From Octopus sinensis (taxonomy: Eukaryota), in NCBI RefSeq assembly GCF_006345805.1, contig NC_042997.1, positions 47,244,001 to 47,308,000 of the forward strand: 64,000 bases of DNA, written 5' to 3'. Of this stretch, positions 13,542 through 25,385 are shown piece after piece. Every line of letters starts with the position of its first letter. Position 1 is the stretch's first letter. The notes beneath the pieces were generated by a model. It was not told the DNA's origin. It searched no databases and saw nothing but the letters and a program-made list of their open reading frames with translations. Both the position numbers and the translations under genes were made by a program.

Positions 13542-13676
13542 CTTGAAAGACTTCACCAGGTGGTGCTATTAAGTTAGACATGGCCTGGGCCAATAATGGC
13601 CGAAACCTATCAAAGTATCAAAGTATCAAGTATATATATATATATATATATATGTATATTATATATATATATTATG

Positions 13677-13714
<38 letters not shown>

Positions 13715-13764
13715 ATTATAATATATATGTTATATTGTATATATATATATATATATATTATATA

Positions 13765-13832
<68 letters not shown>

Positions 13833-13835
13833 TAT

Positions 13836-14590
13836 GTAATACTAAGCAATAAGGTAGCAACGAGTTGCCTTACCACATACCGAATTTAGAAATAGCAGTC
13901 AAAGGGTTATAGCTATTTCTTTACTAAAAAGGGAGATCTCAGTAAAAACAGCATTTGGAAGGCACAAACAGGTAAGAGAGAATGAATTGACTGCAATCTA
14001 TCATACATTTTTTTAGTTATCCACGGACGTACGTTTCGAAATCAAGTTTTAAGGAAAGCATACGAATTAAATATTAAATATTAAATAATAAATAATTCTA
14101 TCTTACCGAAACTTCTTTTCTCTTCAGCGTAGAATACTATAATCATAAATGATTATATATTGAATTTTGAGATACCAGAAGGCACCAACTCCACTCAGTA
14201 TCAGAGCGAGCTAGAACCCGCAATGGTATCACCGAATTCAATTTGTGAATGAAACGATTGTGTCAACAGCCCCTTCCCACCCGCGTGTAGCCAAAACAAG
14301 ATGTGTGGTCATCTACTGAGATAAAATATGGTATCCGTAATAATGAAGGGTGAAATTAATTATTTGGAAAAATTATCAATTACACCAAGTAGTCTTCGGC
14401 ATGTAAAAGCCTCATTCGAGGAAAATTTAAGTAATACTAAGCAATAAGGGTTAGCAACGAGTTGCCTTACCACATACCGAATTTAGAAATAGCAGTCAAG
14501 GGTTATAGCTATTTCTTCTACTAAAAAGGGAGATCTCAGTAAAAACAGCATTGGAAGGCACAAACAGGTAAGAGAGAATGAATTGACTGC
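13836..14590. repeat. Two ~160-bp direct repeats (13836-13994, 14431-14590) around a ~435-bp spacer
   Basis: GTAATACTAAGCAATAAGG...GAATGAATTGACTGC occurs twice with few differences. Confidence 0.9.
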
Positions 14591-14794
14591 CTATATATAT
14601 ATATATATATATTATGTAGTATATATATATAGATAGATGTATATATATAAGATATAGGTATATATATATATATAGATATATATGTAGAAAATATATATAT
14701 ATATGTATATATATATATGTATATATATAGATATGTATATAATAATATATATATATATTATATATATATATGTATAATATATATATATATATAT

Positions 14795-14876
<82 letters not shown>

Positions 14877-14932
14877 TATATATATATATATAGTATATAT
14901 AGATATATATGTATATATGTATATATATAGTA

Positions 14933-14981
<49 letters not shown>

Positions 14982-15045
14982 TATATATATATATATATGT
15001 AATATATATATGTATATATATATATATAATATATATGTATATAGC

Positions 15046-15076
<31 letters not shown>

Positions 15077-15078
15077 AT

Positions 15079-15123
<45 letters not shown>

Positions 15124-15176
15124 TATATAGTATATATATATATATATATTATATAATATATATATATATGTATATA

Positions 15177-15217
<41 letters not shown>

Positions 15218-15328
15218 TATACATATATATATATACATATATATATAACTTCTAATACCAAATAATTTACTGTATATACATAAATTATATTATTTTAGCT
15301 TCAACTTAATGTATATTATGTATTATGC

Positions 15329-15372
<44 letters not shown>

Positions 15373-15378
15373 ATTTTA

Positions 15379-15416
<38 letters not shown>

Positions 15417-15540
15417 TATATACATATATATATATATACATATATATATATAACTTCTAATACCAAATAATTTACTGTATATACATTAAATTATATTATT
15501 TTAGCTTCACTTAATGTATATTATGTATTATGCATATATT

Positions 15541-15583
<43 letters not shown>

Positions 15584-15587
15584 TTTA

Positions 15588-15619
<32 letters not shown>

Positions 15620-15660
15620 GATATATGTGTGTGTGTATTTTATATATATATATATATTGT
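14590..15660. repeat. Long (TA)n/(TG)n tract containing a ~204-bp tandem duplication
   Basis: TAACTTCTAATACCAAATAATTTACTG... occurs near 15247 and 15451. Confidence 0.85.
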
Positions 15661-16249
15661 TTAAATATTTTGTTTTAATTACTTGTATTTTAATTATCCA
15701 GTAATGATAAACTATATTTGTTAGTTTTTTCTTCTATAAGCTAAAATATATTTTCATAGATAAAATAAATATTTATATCTATTCATTCTAGTTTTATTTA
15801 CACCACGTTTTTAACGAGATAAATATATTATAAACAATAAATCCTACGTATTAAGTTTAAAGATTTAGTTGACAGAATATATTTGATAAGATATTTTGTG
15901 TTTTTATTTTAAGATATATTGCTGAATTTTGTTCCATTTTTTTTTTTTTGAAAAGTACGTATTTGTTTTCTTTTAGGCGTTGAGTAGTGAACATCATTCT
16001 AATGCAACTCATGTAAAGTATTATTTTGAAAATATCTTACTCATTTGCATTTGCAGTATACTGCATATTTCATTATTTCTTAAATACATGTATATGGTTC
16101 TTAATTTCTCTGATTATTTATTTAACAAACTACTGTTGATCTTCCTTAATGCTTTTGTAACCTGGTTTTCAAATGGCACCTTCAGCTTACAAATGGTGGT
16201 CATTAATTCTCATCACATATCATTGTCTCTGTAGTCAGTCGTGCGCAAA

Positions 16250-18350
16250 TATATTAATACTCTGAGGTTATCCTCATGACAATAGCCTTTTTCTTTTTAT
16301 AACGCTCTCTATTGTTTCATCGTCTTAAGTTGTTTTTCTTTTGCGTATGGATTATTTGCTGTATTTGCTTCTTACTGGTGCCTCTGAAATTATATGTAAT
16401 ATGTCTGCTTTTGCAAGTGTGATGTATTAAATGAAATCATAAAATGTTATTTCATCCGACATTTCTTTCTTAACCTTTCGGTCTCCAATCATCAATTTAC
16501 ATCCATATAGACTTTACAGAATCCTTCCTGTTTCTCTATGTCTTGTTTTCAGATTAACCTTTTATTGCAAAGGCATTGAATGTTGTAACCAGAGAGCTCA
16601 GAGATGTGCGGTCGTAGTCTGCTGGTTTGACTGACGAAGGCAGTGGATTTCCCCTCTTCATAGTGCATTGCATTCAAAGTATTTTGGGATGCCACAGCAT
16701 ATACCTGACCTTCACATGAATAATCTATTCTTGCATCACATAGCTGTCCCGTCTTTGTTGATTCATATGATTAAAGGATCTCATCGAATAAGCTTATCAA
16801 ACATACACTGCCTGTACTCAATATTTATCCCTTCTTTGTTCTCCACCACATTCTCACCCTCTCCTCTCAAGTACCGAGGTCACTATAATATGCACCCAGT
16901 CCACTCTGTTAAGTGTGGTCGAGAGAATTCCGTAGTCTTATAGCAATCTCTTTAGTTTGATGCTTGTTGTTTCAGTGTTTCAACAGTTCACATGCCTTCC
17001 CGATGCAAATGCTCGAAGTGATCGTATCTCATATAACGATATATTCAGTACATTGCAATTTTTGAATGGTTTACAGTTTGCTTGCTGAAAAATATATGGA
17101 TTTCATTGTACGATACGCTTCTCTGACTGATCGTTCTACTGGTGTACTTCATCTACAAAACCTTGCTGCAGCAATTAATCTACACTCCATACCTCTAATT
17201 TTCTTAAAATGTTAGTGTTGGAGTTCTTAATTATTGAATATTAGTAAAATTCTTTGCCTTCGTGATTGGCAGAATCGCTACGAATGCATCGAAGAATGGC
17301 ATTCTTTCCCACTATTTACATTCTGAGTTAAAAACCACAAGCTCAATTTTACTTTCATCCTTTTGGAGTCAATAATATATAATACCAGTCGAGATTTGGA
17401 GTCGATGTAATCAAGTAACGTCACCACCCATAAATTGCTGGCCCTGTGGCAAAATTTGAAAGATATTAGTATTGGTTTTGTAGTTATTTTCTTTCTGATT
17501 TAAGCACAAGTTCAACTATTTTGAAGTCATAGTCAATTCCATCGACACCTATATTTCATTGGTACTTCTCTTAACGATCTCGAACGGAGTAAAGCAAAGT
17601 TGAGACTTCATTATTTCAGGGTCGCTAAAATAAAGTATAAGTTAAATACTGAGATCGATTATACCAGTTAACCTCCTTCTTTCACAGTAGGTGCTCTTGT
17701 TCTTATATTTCTCAGAAAAAGTTTAATTTTTACCGTTAATGTAGTTGCTGCTGTTTTTCTATTTTTGATTTTCTTTTTGCAGTAATTATTTTTTCATTCT
17801 TTTTAGTTATTGTTATTGTTGCTGTTGTTGTTCAAAGAAATATTATTGAATTTCATTTTCTACTCAGCAATGATCGCAGGTCGTAGACGGTTTTTTTATG
17901 TTGGTACTTCTGTTGTATACATCTCTATTCCACTTATTTTTTATTCATATATTTTCTCCTACAGATCGAAAGTTTTATTTTCTTTTGTAGTGTTTCCGTA
18001 GGTTGGTTTTTCACGCTGTTTGCTTGGGTTAATATTTGATAAGTTTTCTGAAAGTATCCAATTTTCTTTGCGACTGCTATTGCTACTTCTAATATTAGAT
18101 GATTTCTTCACTGGTAATATTGTCTGATTCTGTTGCCAATGTGTTTAAAATGGCTATGATTCCGTCTGTATTGCCGATGTTATTTTATCACTTTACTATG
18201 GAAGTGAATTCTATGGATTTCTTTCTTTAACTCTTTTCACCTTCAGATATTGATATTTAAAATTTGTAGCTTTAGAATTCTCTAGTATTAGATCTTCCTC
18301 ACAAAAACACTTGTTTACACTTTTTCTTTGTTGTAGTTCTGTAAATGTTC
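16250..18350 (-). pseudogene. Highly degenerate non-LTR retrotransposon remnant
   Basis: Traces such as FTPFEIVK..GVDGIDY resemble the RT N-terminal APGPDG region. Many stops. Interrupted by a SINE. Confidence 0.3.
17265..17465 (+). mobile_element. SINE family C, diverged
   Basis: GGCAGAATCGCTA...TTTCATCCTTTTGGAGTCAATAA...GGCCCTGTGGCAAAATTTGAAA. Confidence 0.5.
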
Positions 18351-18424
18351 ACCATATGTTTTTTTTCTCTTGAATTAGCTCAATCTCCATGGTATATGTT
18401 TCTCAATATTAATATGTTTGTTAA

Positions 18425-18620
18425 GGTAGTGAGCTGGCAGAATCGGTAACACGCCAAGCGAAATGCTTAGCGGCATTTCGTCCGTATTTACGTTCCGAGT
18501 TTAAATTCTGCTGAGGTCAATTTTGCTTGTCTTTCATACCAGTTGATCGCTGGGGTCAATGTAAATGAGTTGCCTCATGCGTGAAATTGCTCGTTTTCTG
18601 CCAAAATTTGAAATCAATAT
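18425..18620 (+). mobile_element. SINE family C
   Basis: GTGAGCTGGCAGAATCGG...GAGTTTAAATTCTGCTGAGGTCAA...GTGCCAAAATTTGAAA-like end. Confidence 0.65.
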
Positions 18621-18719
18621 TAATATACTTCAATTGTTTGTTTCTCTTTTGTTCGTCATGTACTTATAAATGCTGCTTTCTTTTCATGCTTTAATTTTAC
18701 TAATACATTTTCATTTTTC

Positions 18720-19740
18720 GATTTTGACGTGAAGTCAAGGTGACATCAAGCAAGGAAAACGATCAAGGATCAGATTTCTCTGGTTGTAATGTGTGTCGTG
18801 TCCAGCGCTCGACTGCGTACAAGTGTAAATGAGTGAATAAAGAATTTTTTTTAAATGGCAGAACAAACGTGAAACAAGCAGAGAGAGTAGGATGCCCATC
18901 AACCTCCGCAACTGATGTTAAGATTCAACAAGATTAAAAGATGGTTCTGGCGAACGGACGTTTCATAATCGATGAGGTGGTATGTTCTCTGCAAATTAGT
19001 CGTGGATCTGCATAGGATATCATCCACAAGTTTCGCTTCTGTAAAGTCTTTGCGAGATTGATACCGAGAGAACTTACCGAAGCGCATAAGCACAATCGTG
19101 TGATTTGCTACACCGAAGACTGCAAAGTATTTTTGGAAACAATAGTCATAGGTGATGATGTCTAGGTCCATTACTTTGAAATAAGATCCAAAAGACAGAA
19201 TATGGAGTGAGAACCTCTATAATCGCCAGCGAAATAGAAATACGAGACTCGGTCTGCTACAGAAAAAGTGACGCTAGCCATTTGGGGGTGGGGGCTGAAG
19301 GGCCTATATTGGGACATTTCCTCAAAGAGGAGCGTAGAGTCACCAGTGTAAACTACAGTGAAATGCTGACGAACAAACTAAAACCAGTAATTCGCACCAA
19401 ACTCAAAGGTCTACTGTTAAATCAAATGTTAGTGCGGATTGACAATGTATACCAGCAATACAGCTGCCCACACCGATGAACACATCGGAAAATTGTGTTT
19501 TGAGTTGCTCGAACACCGTTTTTACACCCAGATCTTGTCCCTCCGACAATCATCTTTTTGGAATGCTGAAACATCCTTTACGAATTCGTCGATTTGTCTC
19601 GGACGAAGAAGTGCAGGACGTGGTCCATAAATATATGCGTGACCCGCCGAAAACCTTCTTCTCCGAAGGAATAAGAAAGCTTGTGGACTGCTTGAAGAAG
19701 AGCATCGAAAAGTGAGGAAACCATGTCGAAAAGGGATTTA
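18720..19740 (+). pseudogene. Mariner transposase fossil
   Basis: IPRELTEAHK (WVPREL motif), IVIGDD.VHYFE (TGDETW motif) and SCPSDNHLFGMLK (SPDLAPSDY motif), with stops and frameshifts. TIRs not clearly seen. Confidence 0.8.
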
Positions 19741-19957
19741 ATTATTCAACCCTTGCATTTGTTTGAATAAATTTCAGAAACAATAGTATAAGTTTGGGCT
19801 TATACTAATATATTTGACTTTTTAATTATCAAGTGCTTTGAGTTAGAAATTTCCTTTATGTCAACTATATTTTACATGAGCTATGATAGTCTGATATTTT
19901 GGGGGGAAAGTGTAAGTCCCTGTTTCATTTACATCATTTCTGTTTTATTTCTTTCAG

Positions 19958-19997
19958 GCTGAAACTTGCTCTGCTCTCATAAATGGACATATTTTAG
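19958..19997 (+). CDS. Candidate 40-nt exon (AETCSALINGHIL), plus strand
   Basis: Strong acceptor TTTCTGTTTTATTTCTTTCAG and donor TTAG|GTAAAA. Only frame 0 is open; ends in phase 1. Confidence 0.3.
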
Positions 19998-20854
19998 GTA
20001 AAAAATATTTCTATAGCTTAAAGTATATTTAATCGAAATTAAGCGTATATGTATTCACAGATCACAAGGATGTTCAAGTGTGACGAAAATCTCCCGGTTT
20101 ATTAAATGTTTAATGTTAACAAAAATCATTCTACGTAGTAAATGTCGGAAAAGTTGTTTACAGACTAGTTGTATTGAAACTTGTGACATATGTAATACGT
20201 GTTTTAAAGTTTACATTTATATTCTCCTTAAAATGAATAATTATTATCATATTAAAAAGTCCTTATTAGCATTTGAGAATGTAATGGCAATTAGAATAAA
20301 CAAGTTCGATTGTGATTGCGAGAGAAATAGCGATTAATGATTGCTCAAAATTATGTCCATGGAAAAACTTACAAAGCGTCGGAAATGTTGGGTAATTTAT
20401 AATAATATGAAACTAAATTGACGCAATTATTCAAATTGAAATAATTCAATATATACAGCTTTTATGTATATTCATGAGTTTGTCGGTAATAAATAATGAT
20501 AATGAAACAATCAGTAGTTGAAAATTACTAGTTTTATGAATCGCAATATTGCTATGATTAACATTGTTAATCATAACAATATTATTACTGTTCACAACAA
20601 TAAAACCGAATGAGATTTCAGAAAAATAACCATTCTGAACTTACGGGAAAGCTTTTAAGAACGCAGAACAGTGAAATATTGAAGGTGGTAAGTCTGGCCA
20701 CTTTAAGAGAACAAGTCCACATTTGAAACACTAAAATTACATTAAAACAGAAATACATAACATCATTCCAAATGTTTGGAAATGCCATTATCATTATTGA
20801 ATATAATCTCTTTCTCTAAATTCTTCAGGCATTATAGAAATAAATTTATTCTAG

Positions 20855-21096
20855 ACGTTAAAATCTATCAAACGAACAATAATGAAGATTTATTCAACAG
20901 AAATAAAGCTTTAGATTTAGAAAATGTCGAAAAGGGCAGTTCAAATATTAATGTGCTTCTAAAGAGCGTTAACTGTACAAGTGAAACTACTTTGGCGGAT
21001 ATAGAAAAGAAATCAAAGCCAATTATTAGACTCAACAGATGTTTTACTAACATTACGAATGAAATTATTAACTTGATAAGTACTTGCTTTTTTTAA
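20855..21096 (+). CDS. Candidate exon (DVKIYQTNNNEDLFNRNKALDLENVEKGSS...) of an unknown gene
   Basis: Non-repetitive hydrophilic ORF. The acceptor TTTATTCTAG at phase 1 is compatible with 19958-19997. No homology recognised. Confidence 0.33.
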
Positions 21097-21403
21097 ACAT
21101 GGTATTCTACGAATTGTGCTAAAGCTATTTTCGCAGCCGAGTTACTTTCTCCTTGACTGGCTTGGAACCTGTTTTAAGCTAGGTTTCTGCATGAGGAATA
21201 TTTTTTATTCCTCATTTCTTATTCCTCTTATACTATTTTACATCTCGCTTAACATTGCAGACATAAAACGAAACATAGATTGATGAGACCACTCTACTCA
21301 GTATAGTGACACAAATACAAACTTTATTTGTGCTATACATTGTACTAATGCAGTGCTTTCCTTTGCAACAACACTTTACATACACACACACGCACACATT
21401 TCA

Positions 21404-21443
<40 letters not shown>

Positions 21444-21460
21444 CATCTGTCTCTCTCTCT

Positions 21461-21494
<34 letters not shown>

Positions 21495-21499
21495 TTTTT

Positions 21500-22047
21500 C
21501 CGAATGAGATAAAAAACCAAGGCTGTGAAGATTTTAGAACATTTATAAATAGAAGGTCTTACAGCTGTTTCCAGGATATTTATTATATCCCTTCATCGGA
21601 GACGGTGTGAGAAAATGATTAAGCTATAGTTAATTTAGATAAGATATGAAATAGAGAGTGAAGTGGAGGAATGAAAATTGATGTGAGATATGCATTATGA
21701 GATAGCCATTATTTAGGCAGAATGGTATACATATAAGATTCCAATACCTTGTGAGTAAAATCAAATAGTACCTAAAATTGGTCATTCCAAGTATAGAGTT
21801 AGTACACACTGCTATTGAATCAAGGGTTTTATTTAAAGTGACCTAAAAGTAGGGAGTGTATTTGTAAGGTCAAATCGAAAATAGGAAAAGAGGAATAAAG
21901 AAAAGAGAAAAAAGACAGGAAGAGAGTAAACATTTTCTCACACCGTCTCCAATGAAGGGATATAATAAATATCCTGGAAACAGGTGTAAGCGCCCCTATT
22001 TATAAATGTTCTAAAATCTTCACAGTATTGGCTTTTTATCTCATTCG
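21500..22047. mobile_element. Penelope-like terminal structure (family P3) with ~118-bp inverted arms
   Basis: 21500-21617 and 21931-22047 are reverse complements. The reverse complement of the spacer matches 46200-46500. Each arm carries a hammerhead-like motif. Confidence 0.6.
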
Positions 22048-22055
22048 GTATATAT

Positions 22056-22088
<33 letters not shown>

Positions 22089-22224
22089 CTGATATACGAC
22101 CTACGTTGGACTCCTTATTCGCATAATCACCGAACCTGGAGATTAACTATATATTATCTATAAGACTTATTCAGCATTATCTGACACCATATGAGTCTTC
22201 TTGAGACCATTACCTCTCATAACG

Positions 22225-22540
<316 letters not shown>

Positions 22541-22570
22541 AACACCTGTGTGCATATTTTTATATATTTA

Positions 22571-22645
<75 letters not shown>

Positions 22646-22654
22646 TTATATTCT

Positions 22655-22866
22655 TTTACCTCTTTCAGTCATCTGACTGCGGCCATGCTGGAGCACTACC
22701 TTTAGCCGAACAAATCGACCCTAGTACTTATTCTTTATAAGCCTAGTACTTATTCTATTGGTCTCTCTTGCCGAACTGCTAAGTTACGGTAACGTAAACA
22801 CATCAACATCAGTTGTCAAGCGATGGTAGGGGAGAAACACGACACACAAATACATGCATACATACA

Positions 22867-22915
<49 letters not shown>

Positions 22916-23033
22916 GTGGTGGGCATTAGACCAAGTCTTATGATAGTAGAAAACATTTGTCAAAGGTTCCACGTTGTGGGACCAAACCCGGAATCATGTG
23001 ATTGAGAAGCAAGCTTCTTATCACACAGTGACT

Positions 23034-23035
<2 letters not shown>
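22655..23035 (-). mobile_element. SINE family B with internal (TA)n
   Basis: Tail CAGTCATCTGACTGCGGCCATGCTGGAGCAC and head GGGACCAAACCCGGAATCATGTG. Confidence 0.75.
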
Positions 23036-23101
<66 letters not shown>

Positions 23102-23569
23102 GTGAGGGACAGAGAAAAGGAGGATGCTATATACTGAAAGGTATAGATTGAATTCTATAATTATTTAGTAAGAAATCTGAAATCTATTTCATGACCGAAG
23201 TATATTTTGATTGAAATTGTTTTTTAGTACATTCAATGGTTACTTTACCGTTTCTTCTATTTATGTTGCGTTATGTTAGTATCTGTATTAGAGAAATTAT
23301 ACATAGCAATACTTGGAAGCTATTTATACTAATTTGACAATTTCGTCTTCAAACTGAAATATTCGTTTCCATGCATTTTAGTACTTTGTTCTGTATTTTG
23401 CATGATTAGTTGTGACCTACATCAGATCTCTGATCTAGGTCAGCAACAACATGATCAGAACTCAGTACTGTTGGAATGACGTGGGAGATGGAAAAATGTT
23501 GAGCAGCAGTGTATGTGAAGGTGGAGGAGTGACTCTATAGCAAGAAGATTGTTTGCTAACGCCATTGAT

Positions 23570-23658
23570 CCAAGTTTGGCATGTGTCTTCTACTATAGCC
23601 TCTGGCCTATCAAACCCATGTGAGTGGATTGGTAAACGGAAACTGAAAGAACCCCGTC

Positions 23659-23697
<39 letters not shown>

Positions 23698-25042
23698 GTA
23701 GCTGTTGAAACAGCTACTAAATGGCTCAAATGTGGATGTAATATATCTTGACTTTGCAAAAGCCTTTGATAAAGTCGACCATGGTATGATCGTGTCATAA
23801 ACTGCGTGGTCTCGGCATAGGCGGGAAAACTTGGAGAGTGGCTGCACAACTTCCTAAAAGACAGAAAACAGGCAGTTGTGAGCAATGGAGCCACCTCCAG
23901 GGAAACGCAAATAACAAGCGGTGTCCCACAGGGCACTGTCTTGGGGCACTGATGTTCATAGTGGCCCTTTCAGACATGCCTTCAGTTGCTACGATGACCA
24001 CCCTTGCTAGCTATGCAGATGACACAAAGGTCTCCCATGCAATACAGAACCCTGAAAATATTGCGCATCTGCAACATGAGCTGGACACAATATACAGGTG
24101 GGCTGAGGACAACAACATGCAGTTTAATGCAGGTAAGTTCAGGCCCTGCGCTACTGGCACACAAAGGTAAATGACGTGAAGACTGGATACACTGGCCCAG
24201 AAGAAGAATTGCAATCTCTGAGTCAAAATCAGTGCGTGACCTGGGCATTGACATGAGCAATGATGCATCTTTCCAAATGCATATTGCTAATCTGGTGATA
24301 AAATGCAGACGGCTAGCTGGATGGATTCTCCGAACTTTCAGAACAAGAGAGAAGGAGACACTGATGGTCCTATGGAAAACATTTGTCCTCAGCCGCTTGG
24401 ACTACTGCTCCCAACTTTGGTCACCACACAATATAAAACAAACAGCAGAACTCGAAGCAACTCAGAGAAGCTACACAAAAAGAAAATCGTCTCAATGCAA
24501 AATGTCAGCTACTGGGAAAGACTGAAGGTATTAAACCTTTTCTCCCTGGAGCGGAGGCGGGAGAGATATGCAGTAATATACATCTGGAAAATCCTGGAGG
24601 GTCTTATCCCAAACTTTGGCATTCAAAGTTACTCCAACCGCAGAACGGGGCGCGCCGCGTGTGGTGCCAAGGATTCCAACATCACCATCAAAATACAGGT
24701 CCAGATACTGCAACAGCTTGGGTTTCAGAGGACCACAGCTTTTCAACATCCTCCCTAAATGCCTGAGAGACTTACATGGTGTGGATGTGGGTTTCTTTAA
24801 AACTAAACTGGATCTCTTCTTGTTGGAAGTCCCAGATGAACCTACCTCACGACAGGAGACGCGGATGCGGGCAGCAGCATCGAACTCCCTTGTTGATCAA
24901 GTGCCACGTATCAGAGGTGGATTCACAAACTAGTGTGGCTCATTCAGCGGTGGTGCCCCAGCATGGCCGCGGCCTTCGGGCTAAAACATTTTTAAGGATT
25001 TTAAGGATTTTATATATATATATATGTATGTATATATATATG

Positions 25043-25104
<62 letters not shown>

Positions 25105-25385
25105 TATTTGTGCATGTGTGTATTTGTCTGTCAGTGTGCCTGTGTGTTTGTCTCCCACCACCGTTTGACAACTGCTATTGTCGTGTTACGATCCCGTAAC
25201 TTAACGTTTCGGCAAAAGAGTCCGATGAAATAAGTGCCAGGATTTAAAATGAAATAATTAAATAAATAAATGAACAAACGAATAAATATATATACTGGGG
25301 TCGATTCATTCGACTGAAAATTGGTCAAGGCGGTGCCCCATCATGGCCGCAGTCTAATAACTGAAGCAAGTAAAAGAATTAAAGA
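23570..25385 (+). mobile_element. SINE family B split by a LINE insertion (5' half 23570-23660, 3' half 25101-25385)
   Basis: Core ...GGAAACTGAAAGAACCCCGTCG(TA)n precedes the LINE. (TA)n-GTGTATTTGTC...GGCGGTGCCCCATCATGGCC follows it. Confidence 0.7.
23698..25010 (+). mobile_element. 5'-truncated CR1-type LINE (RT remnant) with (TTTTAAGGA)n tail
   Basis: NVDVIYLDFAKAFDKVDHG, YADD, RDLG, LDYCSQLWSPH, LERRRERY across frameshifts. The 3' motif is shared with the 9674-13630 element. Confidence 0.9.

Larger units (their letters stand above)
9674..13630 (+). mobile_element. CR1-type non-LTR retrotransposon, near full length
   Basis: ORF1 remnant, APE endonuclease, RT, short 3' UTR and an 8-nt (TATCAAAG)n tail at about 13607-13630. 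(TA)n on both flanks. Confidence 0.9.
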
